Shown here piece after piece: positions 15,201 to 26,100 of a DNA stretch of 55,667 nt (the first letter of the stretch is position 1; each line of letters starts with the position of its first letter). Made by a program: the position numbers and the translations under genes. Where the stretch lies: contig WELB01000029.1 of NCBI GenBank assembly GCA_009602725.1, forward strand, positions 212,446 to 268,112, read 5' to 3'. The DNA is from Spirogloea muscicola. Lineage: Eukaryota. The notes below the pieces were generated by a model. It was given only the letters and a program-made list of their open reading frames with translations. It searched no databases and was not told the DNA's origin.

Positions 15201-15536
15201 TTCTCTGTCCCAAGACCTTGGACCAAGAGATATGCTGCCCACGAGCTCAAAGTCCTCAGGAGGAGATCGTTTACTACAGTGCAGCAACTGAGGACACAAG
15301 GTATCTTGCGCTGTCAGGAACGTGCTCGGGACGAAGCCCTGAACACAATCTCATAAGTCCGTCAACATACCCAACACACATACAAGCAAGCCCAGAATCA
15401 TATCCAGAGCTTGCTCAAACTGGTGCATAAATGGGTCAGCTGGACTGTAGTAGGCCTTGCTGTGCTCACTCTGCTTGAGGACAGGGTCGCTGCCCCGCCC
15501 CTTCTTGTGACGGCCGGGCTCGGCTGCTTCTTCCAT
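9253..15536 (-). CDS. TOP6B: DNA topoisomerase VI subunit B
   Basis: ATG at 15536 (MEEAAEPGRHKKGRGSDPVLKQ), then exons encoding SPAEFFSENKNIAGFDN, PGKSLYTTVRELLENALDSAE (GHKL N-box), DNGKGMPHDDI, LSGTKYGLRQTRGKFGLGAKM, ALIWSKMSTGLPI, YHPSAVDLLLIKRLI, CLSPAGEYNLRLGI, FEGHPFIVEG, STKIPFKGTGKEYIGDD. Last exon 9411-9253 is VDTDLALEYATQSG...VVV* . Colinear with plant TOP6B. Confidence 0.97.
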
Positions 15537-16155
15537 TGCCCGCTATTGGGCCGCACCGACGACTTCCAGAGCACGGCGGCCGTCGTTCCGCGTCTCAGAG
15601 GTCGCCCGCCTGTCGACCATGGTCGCACCCTCGCCAGACCAATGGCCGGCCGCTGCGCCGTCTGCTCTCGCTGGCCGCCCCAGCGACGGCCTCCACCGGC
15701 AGCGCTCCATAAGACCAAGGTCGGCTTGGCCAACGCGTCAGCTCTTCCGTGAGGTTTGGCAGTGCTGAGTTGATCCAAGAGCTAGCAGCGGTGGAGCGGT
15801 GGAGGCGACGCATGCGCTAGGAGGGCAAGCTCTTCACTGACAGTCAGACGGTACTGGGCTCGGAGCTACCAAGTGTAGATGAGCTTGACACCTGCATTAT
15901 GGACTATCACAAGACTCATAGGCTCAAGTCTTGCAGTGGTGCTTGCTATTGCCAATTCATGGCCGGGGTCCTTGAAGAAAGCACGTTGCTGGCAGTGATC
16001 GAAGAGCTATTACCTTCTTACACCACAGCGCAATGCCACCAGGCCGGTATCACACTACCCTCTGCTTCAAAGGACAATTGCACCTTGTATCGACTGCTTA
16101 TATTTGACATAGCTGGTGTGTCATCTGTTCCAAAGCCAACAGCGCTGCCAAATGG

Positions 16156-17001
16156 ACTGGTGGCTGTGAGAGGCCAGCCCAAAAGGAATGGACAAGGAAG
16201 GAGCCGGATGGCGAAGGCGAACTATTCCAAAGGCTATTTGCATCTTGTCTCGACTGCTCATACCTGACAAGGCTGATGTGTCAAAGGGCAAGCCTCAATC
16301 TAGTCTCGAGCAAGCCCAAAACATCTTCGCATAAGGAGTGACTTTTCTACAAGACAAGCTCTTTTTTTAGTGTGTCAACCTGCGTAGAGTCATCAACACC
16401 CTTGCATTACATGCAGGCAGTATCTACACATCGTGGACCCCTCCTCTTGTAGGAACTCACAATGGATACTATCTTAGGCCTGCCGGTCGATGCTGAATGT
16501 CAGATAGCATGACATCAACTACGATGTTTGTGCAACTCTTGTGTTGTGTCGAGGAAGTGAAGAGACCTGAACAGTGATAAAACATTGGTAGGATGATATG
16601 CAGTCCAGCTGCAAATGACATGCAACATCATAGAGGGGCTCATGGCCAGCTCATACTCAGCGTTACTATATCTTCGTCACAGTAAGGGTTGAGGTCATAC
16701 ATCTATAGCTACAGCTGTATCACTTTCATCTCTTGTATCTCCAGCCACCGCCCTCTCCTGGAAGCGTCTCTCTCTCCTATCGTATGCATGTAATACCCTA
16801 AACGCTGACCAAAAGCTTGAAAGCGTCAACACTTTTATCCCCGTCATGAATATAGCACTCTAGAGCTGTACCTAAGGATTACACTATGGTTCTTCTTTGA
16901 CTATACTGAAGCAACAAGGAAGCAAGCGCGGCCAGAACTGGTGGCTGGGAGAGGCCAGCCCAAAAGAACGGACAAGGTCTGAAGGAGTCGGAGTGCTAAG
17001 G
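16156..17001 (+). repeat. Two copies of a ~60-bp direct repeat (16156-16217 and 16937-17001)
   Basis: ACTGGTGGCTG(T/G)GAGAGGCCAGCCCAAAAG(G)AA(T/C)GGACAAGG..AAGGAG(C/T)CGGA at both sites. The core is related to the inverted-repeat motif at 22163 and 22826. Confidence 0.8.
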
Positions 17002-18148
17002 ACTGAGACAGCAGTAAGCGAACTCTCAGTAACCTCTCGTCAGTAGACAAGTGAGTGACATCACAGCGGTGAAAGTGGAGATGGGTGAAGGCACCCGTTG
17101 GAGCCCTGGTGCAAGATCATGAGCTGCCTTCTTTCTTGTTGGCATATTCTTCAGACCCAGATTCCGGGATCACGCGAGCTACTTCAAAATTCAGGCTCCA
17201 GGGAAGGGGCAAATGTTGTGGACGGCCTGAAAGAATGCGCATTATGCTGGGATAGGCCGGTGCCAACAGAGGAGGCCAACCAACAAGAGGGTGTAGGCTG
17301 TACCCATCACGTGGATAGGCAAACCCAACAGCGGGTAAGAGCAGCTGGACTCCAAAGAAACAAGTGCAGGGAGCATACCTCAGTCAGAGCTGAATGTAGC
17401 TAGCTGCACCATCCACCAATGCAAGGATCAAAGCTTGCTGCATGGCGGCAGCGTAGTAAATGAGTCAGCACTTTATCAATTTCGAAGACCCAAAGATCAC
17501 TCACTCCTTCTGCAAGGGGTTAAGAGGGCCAGGATTCACTTGCCAGCAACAAGGGCCACCGAGCTCCTTCTCCCACACCGACTTGCTACCAGCACCCAGG
17601 CGACCTACCTTGGAAGGTCACTGCTGACTATTGGAGTCATTTGTCTGTGAGAAAAGGTTGTCCAGCCATTGACATGAAGCATAAGGCTTGGATCGCAGCT
17701 CACATATAAGTGTGAAGAGATTGCAGCTGCGGCCGGTCGGCCCATAACCTGTTGATCTGACTTATCGTTACTGCGCTCTTGGAGCCCACTGAGCGCTGAA
17801 ATCTAGGTGACTGTGCATGGCTCACCAGTGGCTCAGGCGATGGCTCAGCTCTCCGTCAAGAGTCGCTTGCTCCCTCCTCCCCCTCTTGTTAAATTCAGTG
17901 GCAGCAGACTTCGCAGGAAAGCTGGCCAGCCCAAAAAAGAAGAAACAAGTAGCCCCGCAGTCAGGAAGATTAGGGTGAGGGGATTCCCAAGCTTCCGAGC
18001 AAATGTGGGCGCCTGATTACCTGACGGTCGGGTCCGGCGGCGGAATCAATTACTGGGCGCCCATTCGCCGGCTGCCTCCGCCCGTCCGATGTCGCCATCG
18101 CCAGATCCGAAAGTGCAAGCTCATTGGCGGAGTGCCATGGAGCCCCGC

Positions 18149-18165
18149 GGGCCCAACACGTGGCC
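18149..18165. promoter_or_regulatory. Site II-like GGCCCA and G-box/ABRE CACGTGGC upstream of the RVE gene
   Basis: GGGCCCA 18149-18155 and CACGTG 18157-18162 in the GC-rich region about 400 bp upstream of the gene. Motif match only. Confidence 0.3.
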
Positions 18166-18583
18166 CGCCGGCGGGCCATCGGACGGCCAGCAGGCGGGGC
18201 CCGCGCATCGGGCGGACGGCAGGCGCCCGCGCCACGGGGGCGGCCAGTGCCCGCACCCTTCTGCGAGGCAGGCTCGGAAGGATCTAACGATGCTTGGATG
18301 TGGCTGCAAGTAATAATGCCGCATTTTCAGATACATGTACACAGACGCGGACAGCTAATAAACAATCTGAGAGAGGGAGATACCTGCATCCCCCGACAAG
18401 GAGCCTCGGCTTCCGTAAGACCGTACGGAAAAGAATGGCTTTTTCTGTTTTTGGTGGTTTGGAAGGAATCGAACCCTCGCCCGCCAGGAAACGAACCCTC
18501 GCCCTAGCCCGCGCGAGGCGCGCCACCCGCTCCGCCGCGACGCCGCCGCGGAACCCGGCGCGCGCCGCGGGGCCCCGGCGGCG

Positions 18584-18614
18584 NNNNNNNNNNNNNNNNN
18601 NNNNNNNNNNNNNN
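18584..18614. other. Assembly gap (N run) over the RVE 5' end
   Basis: Run of N. Confidence 1.
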
Positions 18615-21483
18615 GGCTGGCAACCGCGGCGGCTGCGGCGTCGGCGGGCGGCGGCGGCGGCGGCGGCGCCGGCGACGCCGAGGAGGACTTGGTGAAGAAG
18701 ATCAGGAAGCCGTACACCATCACCAAGTCGCGCGAAAGCTGGACCGAGCAGGAGCATGACAAGTTCCTGGAGGCGCTGCACCTGTGAGTCGTAGCCCCGC
18801 CGCGCCGCAGGCCCGCGCGACGGCGGCGACGCCGTCGTGCCGTGCGGCGCAGCCTCGGGACGGCGGCCTCCACAGTTTAGCGTCGATTATGGCGCTCCAG
18901 ACGATGGCGCTCCAGACCCCGGGCGTCCGCTCGTGGCTGTTGCGGCCGCGCTGCCCGGGGAGCGCAGAGACGTACGGCATACGGTCCTAACATTTCTCCA
19001 CATTGGTGGCACAGGTTCGACCGGGACTGGAAGAAGATTGAGGCCTTCATAGGCTCCAAGACCGTCATCCAGGTCAGCATGTGACGCTGAGGCGACCGCC
19101 ATCGCTCCACAGCAGCCCTGCTTTGGCGTTCACATACTGCTAGATAATGCCAGGTGTCAGGCTTGTGGCTCGATTCAGCGAGCCCTAGCAGGGTGTTCCA
19201 TCTTTGGCGCAAATGTTCAACTCTAAATGGAGGTGCAATGCTTTTCAATGTTCAGATTCGTAGCCACGCCCAAAAGTACTTTCTCAAGGTCCAGAAGGCC
19301 GGTACCGGCGAGCATGTTCCGCCTCCCAGGCCCAAGCGCAAATCGTCTCAGCCGTACCCGCAGAAAGCTAGCAAGGCTGGTGAGCCCCAGGCCCTTCGGC
19401 ATTTCCAGGCCCTCTCAGCATCTCAGAGGTCAAGTTGCATGAGACTCCGAGATGTCAATTTTTCCGTTACTTCAATGTCCTCCCAACAGAAAGTGGGTAG
19501 CAAGCATGAATGCTGTTGGGCAATTCAGTGGGTATTGTGGTCTGATGTATAGTCAGAATTTCCCAGAGCATTCATGATTCACAAATTTACTGATGCCGTA
19601 GCCTGGGCGTCTGTCATTTTGGTTTCCAAAATAAGTATTCTATGCAGCATCCGAAAACGTTCACAGCACATAGGTGATGTTCTTTAGAGAGTCCCGGTCT
19701 AGGCTGGTCACCTGACATCAACGTCATCGTTACTGACTCTCCACCACCCTGCCTGTGGTCCTGTGGCTGACATGGTCAGCATCCTCCTCCTCCACAGCGG
19801 CCCCGCCACTGTCCTCGCAGCAGCGACTTTCCCACCAGATTGTGGGGCCCAACTCGCCAGTGGCAAAAGGCTCGTATCCGAGGGGCCAGCATTCGTACCT
19901 CTTCAACGGCTCCAACATGTCCATGGCAACCTCCAGTGGATCGACATGGTTGCACCATGGGGGTGCATCCCCTGACCCCTTCGGTTACGCGTCTGCCGAT
20001 GGTTAGCACCTCATAAGCATCCTTGAGCATGCAAAGGCTACAATATATCTGGCACCCGTAGCAGATGTGTTCTCTTCCATTGTAACATCAGCGAGCTCTA
20101 CATCATGCTGCTGCCACATCTTGGCCCACATTCTGCTTAACCTGTACGTCTGACTCTTTCTGAATTTTGCAATTACCACTTGGCCCATTGATTTGCAGGC
20201 GTCACAAGTGAATATACGGGACCAACTAATATGGATGTCTCTACGGGGGGAGCACGGAGTCACAGTCTCAGCAGCGGAGCGTCCAGCATGTGGCCGCAAC
20301 AGGTAATGCATAAAGTGCTCTTCTTAAGTATTTGTGGGCTTGATGGACCGACTCTCTTGCCTAATCCCCAGATTTTGTGACTCCTCATGACAGGTTGGTC
20401 ATGTCCACATCACAAACTTGCTGACATAGTGCAACTCATATGGCATCTTGCAGATCTTACAACCAGAAGTAATTGGAGTACATTCTTCCGCTCGAGGTAA
20501 GGGACTACCCTGCCTTGCTCATCCACTCCTACTTGGAATGCCTGACCTGGGACATGAACTTGCACTTGCTAACCTGCTCAAGTATCTTACGCTCCGTTTG
20601 TGACATCTGCAGCAACACCAAATTTTGCGGACGTCTATAATTTCATTGGCGATGTCTTTGATCCGTCCAAGCAGCAGCGAAGCCATCTAAGAAGTTTACA
20701 GGAGATGGCTGCTATTGATAGGGAGACGGTATGCCCTTCAGCGGACTAAGTCATGCTCCTGGCATTCCTTGATTCTGGCCCCTGCACAGATCTGCATCAT
20801 GTTCTATGGAGTAGATGTCAAGCACTTGCATTTTGACAGTCTTTTGATTATGCAGGTGCTTCTCCTCATGAAGAATCTGACAATAAACCTATCCAGTTCA
20901 GACTTTGAGGAACAAGTGGGTAGTCCAACATTCTTGGCGAAGCTGCCTGTTCACCATGCCGTTGTAACTTATTTCTTCCGCATTCCTTTGGGAGCTTACT
21001 TCACAAATTGCAATGCACGCAAATGGTAGTGCTTGTTTACTTGTTGTGACACGTTTTGTAATGGCCTCATTTTTCAGCGGCTATTTCTATCAGTGTATGA
21101 TAGCAATGTCAGTCCCACATCACGGGGCGTCGCGCAGGGCAGCCATGCAGGTGTTGAGAGCCCTGGCACCAGGGTGAGCACAAATAGAAGCTCCAGGAAT
21201 GTCTGCCATACCTTTGGCACACCTTACATCTGCTATATTCATTTGCCACACGCTTACTAAAATCTGCAGTGTTCGACCGACTCCAATTAACGAGCCTGAA
21301 GCACGTGTGAGGGTGTGGCAGGATGGTTTGGACCAGGCTAGCGTGAACCTGCGACTCTGTGACCCACTTGTCATGCAAGAATCTCAAGATGTCGTGGCGG
21401 ACATGGAGTGCCCGCCAATGGCAGCCTGCTTGGCCCTGGAGCTGCCCAGAGACTCCATCAAGCTGGAAATGCTGGAGACATGA
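18615..21483 (+). CDS. RVE: REVEILLE/LCL-clade (RVE4/6/8-like) single-MYB circadian transcription factor, start probably in the gap
   Basis: Spliced [73 protein letters not shown] (SHAQKYF MYB). LCL domain [43 protein letters not shown]. The last exon ending KLEMLET* (21483) is less certain. Confidence 0.95.
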
Positions 21484-22155
21484 TAGCTGTGAGCCATGCC
21501 TTCAAGCTCTTGGCCTTGACATACCTAGCGACCGAAGACAATGGCACAAATACCCAGCCTTGTGAAGCAACAGGTGGTGCAGGAAGCTGTCCCAGCTGGT
21601 GCATAACAAAGCCAGAGTGATTGTATGGTGGACTGGTTTCAATTAGGTGTCGAAGGGCTGTCCCGAGGAGCAGGGCTGCGGAAGTGCTGTCCAGGCCTAT
21701 GCAACTTTTCCGCTCTGTGTGGCCGTGCTGTCCGCAGGCGGTGGCTCGGCGTTGTGGTGACTATAATGGCCATTGTAGGCAGAGGTTACAGGATGCTGTA
21801 TATTATCTCTGGCTGTGCTGCGTGCTGCAGCAGATGCTAGATATCTGTGAATTCTTTCATTTATGCCTGCACATAACCTTCTCTGTGACATACTTGTCAT
21901 TGTAACATGCTGAGCTGGAGTTTCTTGGACAACGTATTCATGGTGAAATTGCATATAGTGGGTGGCCTTGACGGATGTCAGATATGGACATCAAATAGTG
22001 GTTGCCTTGGGCTGCTGCACTCTGCTTGTGCGCAAATATGCATCCACTCAACTAAGAACCTCGACCTAAGGGCCACTTCTTCTTGCGGGTAAACCTCAAG
22101 CGAGAGCAGCAGTGAGTGGCTTGCATTAAAGTGGTGCAACAGCTCTTCCAATATA

Positions 22156-22859
22156 AGGCAGGGGCTGTGAATCGCCAGCCCGAAAAGAAAGTGAAATCAT
22201 CAAAATAACTCTGCGTACATATTCAAGGTGGTGCTTCAACACCTTCAACACGACACAGTACCGCGGTCCCTTGGGCGTAGAAGGAGTTTGCAGCCTCCGA
22301 CCCCGCTCTGTGAGCAGGGGTGCATCAAGTGACGACTCTTGCTTCCAGTTGCTGCAAATGAAGCTCTTACAACCGGAGTGGCCGAGCTCGCTCCAAGGAC
22401 AGCTGCAGCCTATGCAACAAAAATAGTCTGGCGTAAGTGCAGCCGACGTGTTCAAGGGGACTACTCTTTGCCGCTCCGCGTACTGGACATGCACGCCAGA
22501 TTACCTCTGCATGCACTCGGCTGGCTTTCACAGCCGCCGTTGTTATCAGCAGCTGCATTGTCTGCATCAGAACACGTTTGCTCGTGGATGAGTAACTTGA
22601 TTCACCCTGCATCTGACTGCTTCACGTTCTCGTAGACTGGCTCCTCCAGCTAACACCTAAACACTACCTACACTAACCCTAGAGCTCTGAGTCACAACCG
22701 TCGCCCTCTACTGGAATATCGGATCTGCGGCTCCTCACTCCTAGTGATCGAGTGCTCCGTCCTACCCCACTTCTGAGATAGCAATTTTGGCCACTTCGTA
22801 ATATGGCCACTTCGAACCTTGTCAATTCTTTTCGGGCTGGTTTATCATAGCCATTGCCT
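22156..22859. mobile_element. Putative non-autonomous TIR element (MITE-like), ~700 bp
   Basis: CCAGCCCGAAAAGAA (22175-22189) is the exact reverse complement of 22826-22840. The imperfect match extends outward to 22156/22859 (27/34 by hand). No convincing ORF inside and no clear TSD. Confidence 0.5.
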
Positions 22860-22933
22860 CCATCGAGAGTGCCCACTTCTTACTGGAAGAAGTGGCTCTC
22901 CCAATGGGGGCAAGGGCTGTGAAAAGCCAGTCC
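22834..22933. repeat. Imperfect ~100-nt foldback (48/47-nt arms, 5-nt loop)
   Basis: Arms 22834-22881 and 22887-22933 match at 38 of 48 positions, plus four G-U pairs in a + strand transcript. Loop ACTGG. Confidence 0.8.
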
Positions 22934-23111
22934 AGGTTGGCTGCCGTGGCTGCCAGTGTGAAACTCCGACGGTGGTGTGAACTCCAGGTTGAGGGCCCCG
23001 TTGAAATAACGGCACTCCTAAACGTCGATCGAGTTGCCGCACAGTCGAGTCACCTGGCGCATCGCCGTCGCCGTCGCCGCCGCCGCAGCCGCCGCCGCCG
23101 CCGCGGCCGCC

Positions 23112-26100
23112 ATGGCCGCCGCCGAGGTGGTTGCGGCGGGAGGCGGGGAGGGCTCCGCTGTACATGGCACCGTGCCACGCCCCGGGAGAACAGGACCTCC
23201 GCCAGATCTGGCGGCCAGCCCGGGTCCGCCAGATCTGGCGCGCGCCGGCCCTCCCGCTGGCCGCTGGTCTCGGCCGCCGCTCCGGTAGCCACGGCGGCGC
23301 TCTCGAAAGGCGCGCCCCGCTTTCCGCGGCGTGCAGCCCGGACGGCGGCGCGGAGGCATTCACGGCCGATGCCGCCGCCGCCGCCTCGGCTGGCAAGCCG
23401 GCAGCAGCCTCCGGAGCCTCCGACGGGCCCATCGCAGCCGAGGCGAGTCCCCAAAGCGACGAGATACCTCTGCGATCTACAACGATTTGAGAGATCGCCG
23501 CCGCAGCGGGCTGTTATTTATTGTCATTTACCAGCTTCTGCGCGATCTGGCATGAGCTTCATCCGTGCTTACTGGTGGACCTGCGAGAGGCGATCATTTG
23601 AGCTGCATCGCATTGTTTTCTATTACTCCAATGCTGTCGCCTTATCGAGGATTGCTGGCGCTGCCGCCCGACGAGCCAAGTGCCGGCCCTGAGCTAGCTC
23701 CGAGCGCACAACCTGCCGGTCTAAAATTATGTCAACAAACACCGAGAATGTGTGCTTAGAGATATTTACAAAAGAGATGTCTAATCCATATCAGAAATGG
23801 CAATGCAGGTCAATGGCAGGAAGAGCTTCTCAGGGACGGCGGACGGCAACCACGGCGCTTCTGCGCCAGACGCGGCCATGAAGCCGGCGGAGGCGGCCAC
23901 CAATGGCACTCCATCCGGCAGCTGCGGCTCGCCGCTCGACAAGCTGAAGGAGCTGCTGAAGAGTGCACAGGAGGGGCTGGAGCAGGCGCGCGCCTACAGG
24001 TGCCTACCGTCTCATAGGAAGCCTGCTGCCAATCTCCTCAGCAGCCAAGCTGCCCTGTGAAGCAAGTGGTCGTCCCTTGAGGGCTGGATTCCTGGCAGCG
24101 TGGCTAAGGATCGCTGACTATGGTGGCAACTGTGTGCAGCGAGCAGCTGGAGAACAACGCCCAGCAGGTCGCAGAGAAGGCAATCGCACTCCGAGACGAA
24201 GCTGCTGAGGCGGAGAGCGCGGCTGATGCAGCCATGGCAAAAGTGTGTTGCGGGGCACCTCCCATTCCCTTCACTGCGAGTGCCTTAAATGATGTCTCTT
24301 TGACCTCTCAACTGAGCCGCAACTGAGCCTCTTGGCTTGGGCCATCGTGTGACAAGACAGCATAGTCTGTCTATTCTTGAAGCCAGGCGGGTTCTCTTTC
24401 TTATGACGAGCGCTCCCTGGCAATCACGTGACACGAGGATGCTGATTGCACTTGCTGGTGTTGCAGGTCGAGGAAGTCTTGGCAGACGAGACCACTGCCG
24501 AGGAGAATGTCATGCTTGCGCAAGAGGCCTACAATTTTGCAGGTTTTCTCGACTTACTCTGTTCAAGTCTCACTAATGATAGTCGATTTGTGTTGCAAAA
24601 TGGTGCAATGCTGTGCACAATTGTGTTCTGCTTACTTCTTAGAAGAGGTAGCTGGCAGAACAATGGCTGACAACAGACAAAGTTATTTGCAGTCCTGCTG
24701 AGCTGTTGCCGGACTTCAATCTTCTCCACTTGCAGATGAGAATCTGAAGAAAGCGCAAGCGGCACTGGAGGCACTGCCACCCTCCGGGGCCGATATTGCG
24801 TATAGCAATGAAAGCGCCAACTACAGAGCAGCCAAATCTATGGATGAGGGCAGCGGGTTGGAGGCTGCACTTGAAATGACAGAGCCCCTAGATGCTGGTG
24901 GTGTAGCTGCTGCTAAGCAGGTATCTGCATTGCAGAGGGGCTCTCACTCTTCTCCACAATATGCCACTTAAACCCGGTCATTCTGGCTTTAGATATTGCC
25001 CTTCATCGCTGTCGTTTGTATGCATCATTTTAGGTCAATGTTGACATCTCTTTCACAGCTTGCAGATATCCATCATAGCTCCTCGTGTGAGGCCCTGAAT
25101 ATGGCTCTGACATGTTGATGCGCACACAGGCTGTGGAGCTTGCTGCAGAAGAATTGAGCATACAAGCGGAGAACCTCGCATTCGCAAAGGAGGAGCTGCA
25201 GAACGTCAGGTCTTTCAAATTGGACCTGCAGGTGCATGTCAATTCTGCACATGTTGCTTCCTCCTTATCAAGTCTGTCAAGGGGCGACGAGGGACGACGA
25301 GGACGCATCTGATTGTAGACCTGCAAGAGTTCTGCAGTACTGACAGATATCCTGCTCTACTAGCAGAATATGTGAGCCCCATGGCATTTTCATCCTCTGC
25401 CAGCATACAGACTTTGGCGCATGCTATCCTGCTTGAGTTGGACTTGCTTGGTGCTTAGTGCGACCATTGCTTGTGTGTCCAGAAAGAAGCCATGGAGCTC
25501 AGCGAAGCTGCCAAGTTGGCACAGGAGCGTGCTTCTGCGGCAGATGAGCATGTTGCTCAGGCTATGGCTCTGGCTGAGAAGGCCGTCGCCAGGTGGACCA
25601 TGGCACAACAGCCTAATGCTCAAGGAGGTGTCCTGTTGACACGGGCTTCAAGTTGGTCAATATATATTAAAAAAAGGAAACGCTGACAAGGGTCGGTCAC
25701 CAAGCTGTAGATAGAAATCTATCAAAATCAAATACCTTATCTGCTAAACCTCAGGTCAGCTTGGGTGTGGAACTGGAGCACTTGAGCTCCAGTTCTAGTC
25801 TAGCCAACTTGCTCTGACCTCTTTGGTAGCTTCACATACACAGGGAAGTTGAAGCCAGCCAACGAGTTTCTGACTCAGAGATTGCAATCAAGAAGGCGGA
25901 TAAGCTTGCCGAAGATGTGGCACAGGTCAATTCACTTGGACACTCACATGGTATATATTGCATTTGACATATTGTGCGAGCTTCCTTGTCAGATCTGAGG
26001 GGGCTCTGTGAGGATATCACGAAGCTGATATCATGGAAGCTATTGCATACAGGCAGTAGCAGCATTGGCAGAGGCAGAGAAGGCAGAGAGGCAGTCCCTT

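Noticed and set aside
9253..15536. Archaeal-type topoisomerase VI as a horizontal transfer
   Set aside because: TOP6B is a standard plant and algal gene, and this copy is intron-rich and plant-like.
15899..17650. Intergenic ORFs of 122, 101 and 71 aa as a transposase or retroelement
   Set aside because: No DDE, RT, integrase or gag motifs were recognisable.
18450..18530. tRNA gene on the minus strand (GGTTCGATTCC...ACCA)
   Set aside because: A T-arm is present, but no matching acceptor stem, D-arm or anticodon arm can be folded.
22845..23692. Overlapping Arg/Ala/Pro-rich ORFs on both strands
   Set aside because: Low-complexity GC-rich 5' region of KEA; no recognisable domain.
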